This document shows, piece after piece, positions 18,807-28,488 of a DNA stretch of 64,000 bases. Numbering within the stretch: position 1 is the stretch's first letter; each line of letters starts with the position of its first letter. Position numbers and translations under genes: made by a program. Location: contig CAZSAP010000014.1 in NCBI GenBank assembly GCA_964604705.1, forward strand, positions 1-64,000. The letters run 5' to 3'. Source of the stretch: an uncultured bacterium (lineage in GTDB: Bacteria > Oederibacteriota > JAAXVQ01). The notes under the pieces were generated by a model. It was given only the letters and a program-made list of their open reading frames with translations, did no database searches and was not told the DNA's origin.

Positions 18807-21560
18807 CTATTTAACAATCGCAAATTTCAGAACCGTCTTTTCCTTGCCCTCCACCTTAACCCGGGCCAAATACAACCCTGGCGCTACACCCTGACAGTTC
18901 CAAACAACCGGCACACCGGCCGCAGGATTGTAGGTCGTGGCCAAAGAGCCCACCACTTCACCGCTCACGTTAAAAATCTTAACTTCCACGGTCGAGGGTG
19001 CATCGACGGCGAATAAAAAGTTTACCTTATGTTTAGCCGGTACCGGATACGCCAGCACCGACTTGCCGTTCAAGTTTGCCACCGACACCGGAGCCGTGGG
19101 TGTCGTGGTGGACGTGGCGGAAAAAACAGGCGTCACCGTGGCTGTCGGTGAAACCGTAGGCGTGGCGGAAATGCTCGGAGTGGCAGTTGCCGTAGGCGAG
19201 ACCGTAGGCGTGGCCGAAACCGTCGGGGTCGCGGTCACCGTGGGCGAGGCCGTGCATGTGGCCGAATGCGTTAAGGTGGCTGTAACGGTTGCGGTTCTTG
19301 TAATGGTAGCCGTAGGTGTTTGCGTAGGTGAGGATGTGGTGGTTGTCGATGCGGTAAAGGTGGGGGTCACTGTAGGCGTAGCGGTTGGAACTGCCGCCAG
19401 GTAGTTGGTGGCATACGCAGACGTGTTATGGCTAGCATCGGTGGCCAAGGCCGTAATGTACTCACCGTTGCTGAACCCGCCGCCCCCGAAACTCCAGTTA
19501 CCGCTGCCATTGGCCGTGGTCGTGCCAAGATATCGCACACTCCCACCCTGACCAACACGTGATTCGGCAACAAACAGCTGGATATGATCATTAGGATTGG
19601 ATGTGCCTAAAATATTGGAGCCAGCATAGGCTTGGGTAATAATGGGGGCCGGATAGCCGAGGTTGCCACCGTTGGTTAGCTGGATGCCATGCTGCGAAAA
19701 TACAGTCACAGTATTTCCATAAAGAACGTTGCTAACCGCCATCGACCCGTCCACCAAAATCCCAACAATTGTATTGGCCACCAAATTCCCGTTGCTCCCA
19801 GAGAGGCCGATCCAGTTGTCATGGGCATCGGTATAAACTTGAATACCGCCGTTCATCCCAGCCGCCGGGGCAAAATTGCTGAGTACCCCAATGTGGTTGC
19901 CCACCAGCGTATTGCCCGCGCTCGCAGCACCCATGAGATTCATTACCTCGGCACAAAAATTGTTTGCCACGTAATTCCCGAATGAGTTATTAATATGAAC
20001 TCCGGCATTGGTATTGCGCCGGACCACAAGTCCATTCGCCGAAAGTCCGATCATGTTGTACGTAATCCGATTATTCAAACTATTGAGCAAGGATATTCCA
20101 TACCCTCCATTGCTGGAGATAACATTTCCGTAGGTGGCATTCACCCCGCCGATCAGGGTTCCTGAGACGGTTGAGTTGATCTGCAATCCATAATTTGTGT
20201 TGGGAAGTGCGTCCACTCCGTTCAACGCCAAGCCAATGCTGTTCCCCTGCACGGCATTGCAATCCCCGATAATGGACAGACCCGAACTGCCACTGGCCAC
20301 AATGACATTTCCCCGATGGCTGCTGCTGGAGGCATTCTGCCCGCCGATCATATTGCAGGTGCCATTAATAAGGACACCCGTAAAGCCATTCCCGCGGGCG
20401 GCTGCGCCGGTCACATCCGTACCCACCATATTTCCACAAAGCGAATTGCTATTTCCTATCACGTAAATGCCGATTCGGTTAGCCCCAGTGGTATGTCCAG
20501 AAACGACATTGCCTTCCAAATTTTCCACATATCCCCCAATAACATTCTGATCCGCACCGTTCAAATAAATTCCCATGTTGCTGGTAAAGGTGGTGCTGCC
20601 GGAATTGATACCGATTAAATTATTTTGCACAATGTTGTTTGTGGGACGTGGTGTTGAGCCACCAATCAGAAGATTGGTGGTATCGTTGCCGGCAATGACA
20701 TTTCCATAACCGGTGAGCGGCAGCCCAATCCAGTTGCCCGAAGAGAGTCGATTGCTTATGCCGCATGAATTATTCGGAATTTCCATGCTTTGATCCAAAG
20801 AGAGCCCGATGACATTCCCGCAAATCGTGGTTCCGGAAACGCTGGCATTGTTCATGTAGATGCCATGCCCAGTGTTGCCGGATATCAGATTGCCTTCACC
20901 CATCGCGCCATTGCCGCCGATCAAGTTTGCCCAACCGCCGTTAAAATAAATGCCGTAGACATTGCTAAGCGCTGCTGTGCCAAGCGAGTTCGTGCCGATC
21001 AGGTTTCCTTGGATCACATTTCGATTTGCAGCCGAATTCGAAACATTCATGCCGTAGGTGGTATTGCCGGAGATAACATTGTTCCAGATGCCGTTATAAG
21101 CACCGGAAAGCATAATGCCCGTACCATTGCCAAGTCCCGTGTTGTCCGCCCAGTCTGTGCCAATCCGGCAATTGGCCACAATGTTTCTATCTGAGTTGTT
21201 TAATTGTATCCCCGTGGTGGCTTTGCAAATGGCCATACCGGTCAATGTGCTGCCAGAAGCGCTGGAAGTTAGGCTGAAAAGGACATACCCCAAGCTTGAC
21301 GCAAGAATCGTGTTCCCCTGTCCCGCCAGAAATACTCGGTCAGTGATTGAATACATGGCATTGGCATATATTGAATTGGCGGTAGCAAAGACAATGGTAT
21401 CAGCGCCCCCATTGGCATTGGCATCCACAATCGCCTGGCGCAAGCTGCCGGCACCGCTGTCGTTGCCGTTTATAACTGTATACGTCGCTGCACTGGCTAA
21501 AGCACTTAACCCCAATACCACCAGACATACGCCAACCAACGTCTTCGCGATTCTACCCAT
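18807..21560 (-). CDS. Large secreted parallel beta-helix repeat protein with PT linker and T9SS-type CTD (tandem paralog B)
   Basis: Same architecture as paralog A, with the C-terminal ~180 aa identical. Start placed at MGRIAKTLVG (signal peptide). The ORF-track start 21629 adds 23 non-signal residues. Confidence 0.75.
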   Translation of the reverse strand: MGRIAKTLVGVCLVVLGLSALASAATYTVINGNDSGAGSLRQAIVDANANGGADTIVFATANSIYANAMYSITDRVFLAGQGNTILASSLGYVLFSLTSSASGSTLTGMAICKATTGIQLNNSDRNIVANCRIGTDWADNTGLGNGTGIMLSGAYNGIWNNVISGNTTYGMNVSNSAANRNVIQGNLIGTNSLGTAALSNVYGIYFNGGWANLIGGNGAMGEGNLISGNTGHGIYMNNASVSGTTICGNVIGLSLDQSMEIPNNSCGISNRLSSGNWIGLPLTGYGNVIAGNDTTNLLIGGSTPRPTNNIVQNNLIGINSGSTTFTSNMGIYLNGADQNVIGGYVENLEGNVVSGHTTGANRIGIYVIGNSNSLCGNMVGTDVTGAAARGNGFTGVLINGTCNMIGGQNASSSSHRGNVIVASGSSGLSIIGDCNAVQGNSIGLALNGVDALPNTNYGLQINSTVSGTLIGGVNATYGNVISSNGGYGISLLNSLNNRITYNMIGLSANGLVVRRNTNAGVHINNSFGNYVANNFCAEVMNLMGAASAGNTLVGNHIGVLSNFAPAAGMNGGIQVYTDAHDNWIGLSGSNGNLVANTIVGILVDGSMAVSNVLYGNTVTVFSQHGIQLTNGGNLGYPAPIITQAYAGSNILGTSNPNDHIQLFVAESRVGQGGSVRYLGTTTANGSGNWSFGGGGFSNGEYITALATDASHNTSAYATNYLAAVPTATPTVTPTFTASTTTTSSPTQTPTATITRTATVTATLTHSATCTASPTVTATPTVSATPTVSPTATATPSISATPTVSPTATVTPVFSATSTTTPTAPVSVANLNGKSVLAYPVPAKHKVNFLFAVDAPSTVEVKIFNVSGEVVGSLATTYNPAAGVPVVWNCQGVAPGLYLARVKVEGKEKTVLKFAIVK

Positions 21561-21735
21561 CCGATACCTCCCCCAAGTGAAGCTTTCAGGAAACCCAGCG
21601 GTTTCCTGACGCGGATGGTGCCTCCGCAATTTTTTCTCTAACCGAAACGCTTTACCCCCAAATCCCGGTATGGGTGCTCAGGCAAGTCCTCGATATGCTT
21701 TCTATGTTAACCTACCGTTGCTACCCAAGTAAACC

Positions 21736-22092
21736 CTATTTGCCTTCGGACTTGGGAGTCAAGGTGGCCCCCCATTTTTGCGACCATTCCCCGAGCGGTT
21801 TGATCAGGGCAAAGACTTCCTGGCCGAGGGGCGTGAGTCCATACCCATCGAGCGTGCGTGCGACAAGATTGGCTTCCTGCAGATCTTTGATGCGGGTGTT
21901 GAGGATGGACGGGGAGATCGCGCCGCCCTTGCGTTCGCAGTTGCTTTGGAGCACGCGAAACGTCATGGGCCCTTGGCTCAAGTTCCAGATAATGCCCATG
22001 GCCCAGCGGCGTCCCAAAAGGTCGAACAACGCCATGATCGGCGCTCCGGACTTGGAACCGCGTACAGGTTGGCCAGGTTTAGGGATGGGCAT
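21736..22092 (-). CDS. HxlR-family winged-helix transcriptional regulator
   Basis: LLGRRWAMGIIWNLSQGPMTFRVLQ...ISPSILNTRIKDLQEANLVART matches the HxlR-type HTH. Start uncertain (22092 or the internal Met at about 22035). Confidence 0.75.
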   Translation of the reverse strand: MPIPKPGQPVRGSKSGAPIMALFDLLGRRWAMGIIWNLSQGPMTFRVLQSNCERKGGAISPSILNTRIKDLQEANLVARTLDGYGLTPLGQEVFALIKPLGEWSQKWGATLTPKSEGK

Positions 22093-22216
22093 GGAACATT
22101 GCTCCTTTGCGTAATGGCGTTATGATACCAAACTCAAGGAGCAAAGTTCCAGCTTTTTACCGAGGTTCTTGGGAAGAACGCCTGTGTCTTGACTAAGAAC
22201 CCAGGCTTCGGTAAGA

Positions 22217-22417
22217 CTACGCATTCCGTGCAGCCAAGATTTCAGCCACGGTTTTCCCAGCCCGTCCTATGCTGTCGTACTCGAGTTCGTGGATTAAAAT
22301 CGTGAATTCACTTTCGGGGATCTTGGTGATCTCCACAGCCACCGCTGTAAACTTCTGAATCAACTCCCGTTTCTGTTCTTTGCTGCTTTTTCCCATGGTC
22401 ACTTCGATAACCGGCAT
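22217..22417 (-). CDS. 4-oxalocrotonate tautomerase family enzyme
   Basis: 66 aa. N-terminal MPVIEVTM (catalytic Pro-1), ...SKEQKRELIQKFTAVAVEI...ESEFTILIHEL. An imperfect palindrome (AGCATAGC...GCGTGCTATG) lies upstream at 22450-22480. Confidence 0.8.
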   Translation of the reverse strand: MPVIEVTMGKSSKEQKRELIQKFTAVAVEITKIPESEFTILIHELEYDSIGRAGKTVAEILAARNA

Positions 22418-22518
22418 GACGCCACCTCCTGAGTGTAGCTACCAAAAGCATAGCTTGATACTATAATAGTAGCGTGCTATGTATTTAATAGCAAGGGGGA
22501 TTTTGCGGCATTCCGTTT

Positions 22519-22680
22519 CGCTATTCCGCGTCTACGGCCTTATAGGTCCCGCCGGTGTTCTCCGGGGTCAGGGTGCCTGATTTTTCCAGCAACAGTACTT
22601 TAACCCGTTCGGTGCATATGGGACGATGTCGAACGCCTTTGGGCACGATCAGAAACTCCCCTTGTTTCCCTGGAACGGGT
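22519..22680 (-). pseudogene. Cupin-domain gene fragment (C-terminal remnant)
   Basis: Minus-strand frame CKPVPGKQGEFLIVPKGVRHRPICTERVKVLLLEKSGTLTPENTGGTYKAVDAE*. Bounded upstream by a stop, with no start codon. Followed by a ~340-bp AT-rich noncoding tract. Confidence 0.4.
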
Positions 22681-23022
22681 TTACACTACATCAACGTTTC
22701 CTCTAATTAACCATACTTACAAAATTATTTCCAATTCCTGCTGCGCTTTTTCCAGGTTTTTCCACTTTCCATAAGCCAGGCCAATCCTGTTCCAATGAAA
22801 TATCCCTATTTTTAAGGCGTAATTCTTTTCGCCCACATAAAAAATCAAATTCCCCAGCCTGTATTTTTTTTCCCCATCCCCACAATTATCTGGTAACATT
22901 TCAGCCTACGACTTCGTCTAACAGTATAGTTTGCTAAACCTATGTCCGGATCTCCAGCCGGCTCGAATGTAGCCGATACTCTGGAAGTACCGAAACATCG
23001 AAGAAACTTGAGGGAGTGCACC

Positions 23023-24135
23023 ATGGCAAAAGTAGTTTTGGAGAATGTCTGTAAGTGTTACGAAACCAAAAAAGGACCCAAAGAGGTTGTCAAAAACGTG
23101 AGCTTCTCCGTGGAAGACCGCGAATTTGTAATCTTGGTGGGACCTTCCGGCTGCGGAAAATCCACCACCTTGCGCATGATTGCAGGCTTGGAGGAGATTA
23201 CCCAGGGCAGCATCTACATTGACGGCCGCTTGGTCAACGATGTCGCACCCCGCGACCGGGACATTGCCATGGTCTTCCAAAGCTACGCCCTCTACCCGCA
23301 CATGAGTGTGGCCGAAAACATGTCGTTTGGCCTGCGCCTCCAGCGCATGGCGCCCAAGGATATTGAAAAACAAGTCAAGGAAGCCGCCGAAATCCTAAAA
23401 ATCACAGACCATTTGAACAAACGCCCCCGCGATCTTTCCGGTGGTGAACGCCAACGTGTGGCCCTCGGACGCGCGATTGTCCGTAAGCCCAAAGTCTTTC
23501 TCTTCGACGAGCCGCTCTCCAATTTGGACGCGGAAATGCGCGAGAGCATGCGCGCCGATATCCGGCAACTCCACAACTTCCTGAAGGCCACCATGATTTA
23601 TGTCACCCATGACCAGATTGAGGCCATGACCATGGCCGATCGCATTGTGGTCTTGAAAAGCGGTGAAGTGCACCAAGTGGATAAGCCGCTTAATCTCTAC
23701 AATCAACCCTGCAATAAGTTTGTGGCCGGATTCATTGGGAACCAGCGTATGAATTTCCTCAATGGTGAATTGATTAAAAAAGGGGAGCATGTCTTCTTCT
23801 CAACCGAAGGTGTTTCCCTCAAGGCCGATGCCTCTCAGCAAGCGTCCTTGAAGAAACATATCGGGGAGAAGGTAACGCTCGGCATTCGTCCGGAAAACAT
23901 TTACGACAAGATTTACGCTACCGGCGCGACACCCGACAACACCCTGCGCGCCACGATCAACATCATGCTCCCCACCGGCGAGTACGCCTTGCTTAAACTC
24001 CTCGTTGGAACGCAGAAGATCGCGGCCAAAGTAAACATGTACGCGGACTTAAGCGAGAACAAACAAATCGATCTCGTCTTTGACATGAGTAAGGCGCACT
24101 TCTTCCATGCTGAAGGCGAACAGGTCGTCTGCTAG
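23023..24135 (+). CDS. Sugar ABC transporter ATP-binding protein (MalK/UgpC/MsmX-like), orphan
   Basis: Walker A GPSGCGKST, Q-loop, signature LSGGERQRVALGRA, Walker B FLFDEPLSNLD, H-loop VTHDQ, and a C-terminal MalK-type regulatory domain. No permease or SBP genes adjacent. Confidence 0.85.
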   Translation: MAKVVLENVCKCYETKKGPKEVVKNVSFSVEDREFVILVGPSGCGKSTTLRMIAGLEEITQGSIYIDGRLVNDVAPRDRDIAMVFQSYALYPHMSVAENMSFGLRLQRMAPKDIEKQVKEAAEILKITDHLNKRPRDLSGGERQRVALGRAIVRKPKVFLFDEPLSNLDAEMRESMRADIRQLHNFLKATMIYVTHDQIEAMTMADRIVVLKSGEVHQVDKPLNLYNQPCNKFVAGFIGNQRMNFLNGELIKKGEHVFFSTEGVSLKADASQQASLKKHIGEKVTLGIRPENIYDKIYATGATPDNTLRATINIMLPTGEYALLKLLVGTQKIAAKVNMYADLSENKQIDLVFDMSKAHFFHAEGEQVVC

Positions 24136-24166
24136 CAACGGCCCCTCAGAGACGCTGCCTTTACTT

Positions 24167-24209
24167 CCGCCTAAGCACCCAAACCGAGTGCTTAGGCGGT
24201 TTTGTTTTA
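24167..24209 (+). terminator. Intrinsic terminator of the ABC ATPase gene
   Basis: 12-bp stem CCGCCTAAGCAC/GTGCTTAGGCGG with a 9-nt loop, followed by TTTTGTTTTA. Confidence 0.6.
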
Positions 24210-24244
24210 GCTTCGCTGGGTAGGTACCGTGGCCCGTGTACGAT

Positions 24245-27200
24245 CTAGCGGACATGTTTTCCAATCACGGCCACCAATTCCGCCAGCGTAAACGGCTTTC
24301 GCAAGCTGTCTGTAAACCCATAGTCTTGCGGTGTCGCCACAACTGGGTCTTCTGCATACCCGCTGGAAACGATCAAGGCCACATTCGAATTTTGCTTACG
24401 TATCGCCAAAGCGGCCTCTTTCCCGCCCATGCCGCCCGGCACCGTCAAATCCAGGATAACCGCGTCAAACGGCTCGCCTTCCCGCTCACCGCGTAAAAAC
24501 TGCTGCACGGCCTCGGCACCATCATGCGCACCTATCACCGTATACCCATGAATGGACAACATGGCACGAACAGCGTTACGAATGACTTCTTCATCATCCA
24601 TGATTAAAATCCGACCGTTTCCCTGACGCAGACTGAGTTTGGCTTGTTTTTCAATCTGCACGGGTTCTTTGCTGGCTGGCAGATACAAATGAAACGTACT
24701 TCCGTGTCCCAGCTCGGATTCCACTTCAATGCTGCCGTTGTGACGACTCATGATGGAGTAGCTGGTGGCAAGCCCCAACCCACTGCCTTTTTGTTTGGTG
24801 GAAAAAAACGGGTCAAATATTCGTGATTGAATATCCTTGGGAATCCCCATGCCCTTATCGGTAATCGAGATCCGCACATACTCTCCCGGAGGCAAGGCGC
24901 CATGCTCCCGGGTCCTCAGCGTCACATTGCCAGCCGCTATATGCACCCTTCCGCCGGCAGGCATGGCTTGCTGGGCATTGATCAAGACATTATCCACGAC
25001 TTGGGCCAATTGATTTTTATCGTACTCAGCATGCCAAATGTCCGAGTCCACTTCGATGGCATAAGAAATATTGGAACCGCTTAAAGCGAAATTGGCCGTT
25101 TCTTTTAAGAACGGGTACAGCGGTTCAATCTTCCTAACCGGAGCGCCGCCTTTGGCAAAGGTAAGCAGTTGGTGTGTCAAGGCGCGGGCACGCTCCATGG
25201 AGCCCAGGGCTGAATTCAAATAATCCTTTACCCTTGGATCCCGAGCCTCCGTGTGGGCCAGATCCAAATATCCAAAAATCCCACCCAATAGATTATTAAA
25301 ATCATGGGCGATGCCGCCGGCCAGAACTCCCAGCGATTCAAGTTTTTGATTTTTCTGCGAGGTTTCAATCAAGCGTTGCTTCTCGGTCATGTCCCGAAAG
25401 ACCAACACCACCCCGATAATCGTCCCGTCTTTGTTTAAAATGGGGGCGCCACTGTCACCGATAATATGCTCGGTTCCATCCTTCGCGATCAATATCGTGT
25501 GGTTCGCCAGCTCCACAATGGTCTTTTGCATCATTACTTTCTCAACGGGGTTTTCACAGCGTTCTTTTGTACTTTCATTGACAATGGTGAAAACGTCGGC
25601 CAGCGATTTGCCTTGAGCCTCTGCCTGCTGCCAGCCCGTGAGGGTTTCAGCCACTTGGTTCATAATCACGATCTTGCCGCCTGTATCGGTGGCAATCACA
25701 CCATCGCCGATACTCCGCAACGTGACCAACAGACGCTCACGCTCGGCAGCCAACATGTCCTCCGCGTGTTTGCGTTCAGTGATGTCGCGGGCAAACCCCA
25801 CAGTGCCTAGGATTCGGGCCCCCATCCGTACCGGAGACTTGTAGGTCTCAAACCATGCGCGCTGCTCTCCGGCTTGCTCGATCGGTTCTTCCACACTTTT
25901 AGGTATCCCACTTTCCAAAACCACGCGATCATCGGCGTGATACGCTTCAGCCAATTCACGAGGCCAGACATCAAAATCGGTTTTCCCTACCACCGCATCC
26001 GGCGAACCCAATCCGCAGGCTTGGGCAAACGGTTTGTTGACCGCCAGGAAACGACTCTCTGAATCTTTTAGCCATACCAGAAAAGGAAAATTATCAATCA
26101 GAGCTTGTTGGTACTCACTGTACATCTTGCGGGCATCCTCTTCATGCTTGCGATGGGTGACATCCCGAAACGATCCCATCATCCGCTTCTGCCCCTGAAG
26201 TAAAAACGGAGTGGCTGCAATATCGCAAAAAAAGATGGTCCCGTCTTTCGCTAGAACCGGAATATTGGTGGCCATGACGATTTCGCGACGCACCAGACGT
26301 TCAAACTGGTTTATTACCTCCGACAACGATTCCGTCGGGTGAATATCGTCAACCCCCAACCCAGAAATCTCTTCGATAGGATATCCCAACATTACCGTAA
26401 AGGAATTATTGGCCGTAATAAATTTACGGGTATCAATATCCACCACCACAATCCCTTCACTCACCGCGTTGAAGAGACGTTTGAAGTTTTCTTCACTTTC
26501 ATGCAAAGCATCCAGCTGCTGCTTTCGTTCCGAAAGATCGCGGGTAATGGATAAAACACAGGCGACTCCTCCGATCTCCAAGACTCGGGCGGACATGGAT
26601 CCGTAAAGCACGGTACCGTCTTTGCGGCGGAACTCGGCTTCCAAGTTGTGAATTTCACCCTGGCTACGCAATGCCGCAGTCATGCGCTCCCGGTCCTCTT
26701 TGCGCACCCAAATACCGAGTTCCCCAGGCAACGAGGAGCGTCCCAACACATCCTTGCGCGTATACCCGGTCATGGCCGTAAAGCCATCGTTTATGTCGAT
26801 ATACACCCCATCGGACAAGCGATTGAGATTTACCGCATCCGGACTGGTTGTAAAGGCCTTGGAAAATTTTTCTTCACTCAGACGCAACGCTTCTTCTGTT
26901 CGCTTCCGCGCTGTGATATCCCGAAAAATCGAATGATACCTGCCATCGGGCATCCTCTTGGAGTGCATTTCCACATCGATGAAGGATCCGTCTGCGCGAA
27001 TCATTACCCGTTCATTAACCACCCGTTCCCCGCGTTGCAACAGGTCAAACCGCAAGGGCGACCGTGCAAGTGATTCCGGCGTAAACAGTGCAGAAACATG
27101 TTTTTGAACCAGGACTTCTTGGGAGCAACCGCACATTTCCTGCATGCGTTCATTGGCTTCGGTAATCTGGCCGTGGGCGTCACCGAGCAAAATTCCATCC

Positions 27201-27619
27201 GCCGCCAAGTTGACGAGCTCGCGATACATTTGAGCTTCATGTTTGGCTGCGGTATTTTGTACCATGAGAATTAAGATCGTCCCCTGTGGAAGCGACATCT
27301 CGAACAGGGTTTCTTCAACCCAGCGCAATTCCCCATGGGCCAGACGATGACGGGTAACCTGAAAAGCGGCTTCGGGTTTCCAGCTTTGCTCGGACGACGA
27401 AACTGTTTCAGGGCCCGTATTGACACGAAGGTTGTGAATGGTTTTTGATGTGAATTGTTCAGCGGTGTATCCATAAAAACGTTCAGCGGCGAGATTGGCC
27501 TTGCGCACAGAACCTGTCGCTGGGTCCAAGACGAGCATACCTATAGGGTGGTGCTGGAAAAAGTTCTCGGTTGAGATCCCTGCGAACAGGTTCTTAGATC
27601 GATCACCTGCAGGAGTCAT
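24245..27619 (-). CDS. Hybrid sensor histidine kinase with multiple PAS/PAC domains and a C-terminal receiver
   Basis: 1124 aa. About six PAS/PAC modules. HisKA H-box LESLGVLAGGIAHDFNNLL. HATPase_c (N, G1, G2 boxes; GSGLGLA). C-terminal REC (ILIMDDEEVIRNA...DAVILDLTVPGGMGG). Confidence 0.85.
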   Translation of the reverse strand: MTPAGDRSKNLFAGISTENFFQHHPIGMLVLDPATGSVRKANLAAERFYGYTAEQFTSKTIHNLRVNTGPETVSSSEQSWKPEAAFQVTRHRLAHGELRWVEETLFEMSLPQGTILILMVQNTAAKHEAQMYRELVNLAADGILLGDAHGQITEANERMQEMCGCSQEVLVQKHVSALFTPESLARSPLRFDLLQRGERVVNERVMIRADGSFIDVEMHSKRMPDGRYHSIFRDITARKRTEEALRLSEEKFSKAFTTSPDAVNLNRLSDGVYIDINDGFTAMTGYTRKDVLGRSSLPGELGIWVRKEDRERMTAALRSQGEIHNLEAEFRRKDGTVLYGSMSARVLEIGGVACVLSITRDLSERKQQLDALHESEENFKRLFNAVSEGIVVVDIDTRKFITANNSFTVMLGYPIEEISGLGVDDIHPTESLSEVINQFERLVRREIVMATNIPVLAKDGTIFFCDIAATPFLLQGQKRMMGSFRDVTHRKHEEDARKMYSEYQQALIDNFPFLVWLKDSESRFLAVNKPFAQACGLGSPDAVVGKTDFDVWPRELAEAYHADDRVVLESGIPKSVEEPIEQAGEQRAWFETYKSPVRMGARILGTVGFARDITERKHAEDMLAAERERLLVTLRSIGDGVIATDTGGKIVIMNQVAETLTGWQQAEAQGKSLADVFTIVNESTKERCENPVEKVMMQKTIVELANHTILIAKDGTEHIIGDSGAPILNKDGTIIGVVLVFRDMTEKQRLIETSQKNQKLESLGVLAGGIAHDFNNLLGGIFGYLDLAHTEARDPRVKDYLNSALGSMERARALTHQLLTFAKGGAPVRKIEPLYPFLKETANFALSGSNISYAIEVDSDIWHAEYDKNQLAQVVDNVLINAQQAMPAGGRVHIAAGNVTLRTREHGALPPGEYVRISITDKGMGIPKDIQSRIFDPFFSTKQKGSGLGLATSYSIMSRHNGSIEVESELGHGSTFHLYLPASKEPVQIEKQAKLSLRQGNGRILIMDDEEVIRNAVRAMLSIHGYTVIGAHDGAEAVQQFLRGEREGEPFDAVILDLTVPGGMGGKEAALAIRKQNSNVALIVSSGYAEDPVVATPQDYGFTDSLRKPFTLAELVAVIGKHVR

Positions 27620-27702
27620 ATCTACCTCCGCTATGTCCTATGCCTGCCAATGCCTTATTATTGGCTCGTACGCTTTGAAAAACAACCTTTTTCCCAGGTC
27701 GA

Positions 27703-27748
27703 AAATAAAAAAAAGGCGTACCCGCTCTCGTTTCGGCAGGTACGCCTT
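27703..27748 (-). terminator. Intrinsic terminator of the lipoprotein gene
   Basis: Minus-strand reading: 10-bp stem AAGGCGUACC/GGUACGCCUU with a 16-nt loop, followed by UUUUUUUUAUUUU. Confidence 0.55.
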
Positions 27749-27775
27749 CGGTCTATGCCTAATGCCTACTAGGCT

Positions 27776-28306
27776 TTATTTTTCTTTTTGTTGTTTATCC
27801 AAGACGCGTCCCAAGAGGTCCCCGGCCATGGTCGCACACGCACCCATGCGTCCTCCAAAGGAAAGGGTACTGTACCCGGCTCCATTGCTGTCCCCACGAT
27901 AACGAATCATTCCAATTTTTTCCATGGAAGCGGCATCATACAACTCAACCTCAACGTCCATATAATCCGTCCCACCGAGCATCTGAATATAATTGCGTTC
28001 AATGTTCGTGACAAACGGTTTGGCAATCATGCCTTGTTTGGCATCTTTTTCCAGGCGTCGCGCATTGGAACACTGGTCCACCATGGCGCTACGAAACTTC
28101 TGCTGCCAAGCTTCCACATGCTTGTTCCACTCGTCATCGCTCTCCCACTTGGCCGGACGCTTAAACTTATCGAACGAAAGCGTATCCACATACACCGGGG
28201 ATTTTACATAGCTGGCCTTGGTCATGTCCATCTTGGGCAAACTTGCACACCCGGAGAGCATACCCAACAGTCCCAGTATTAAACACAACCCAACCATTTT
28301 TTTCAT
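27776..28306 (-). CDS. Lipoprotein of unknown function
   Basis: Signal peptide with lipobox LSGC (MKKMVGLCLILGLLGMLSGCAS). No recognisable catalytic motifs. Confidence 0.6.
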   Translation of the reverse strand: MKKMVGLCLILGLLGMLSGCASLPKMDMTKASYVKSPVYVDTLSFDKFKRPAKWESDDEWNKHVEAWQQKFRSAMVDQCSNARRLEKDAKQGMIAKPFVTNIERNYIQMLGGTDYMDVEVELYDAASMEKIGMIRYRGDSNGAGYSTLSFGGRMGACATMAGDLLGRVLDKQQKEK

Positions 28307-28488
28307 AAACGTTTCCCCCCTTGGATTTTCAGTGGAACCTTGGATTCCCCTGATTTAGAGCATTCAGGGAAACCTATGGTTTCCCTGAATGCGGACGTTC
28401 CATCCGCTGTTCTAGGATAAGGCACCTACGCAACTGTGTCTTCGCGGGTGAGTGTTGTCGTAGGAACGTATTGCGCTCAAGCAGCGCT

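Noticed and set aside
28342-28372. Hairpin CATTCAGGGAAACC-TAT-GGTTTCCCTGAATG as an intrinsic terminator for corC-ybeY
   Set aside because: Strong 14-bp stem, but no U-tract follows on the minus strand. It may be a structural or processing element and is not called as a terminator.
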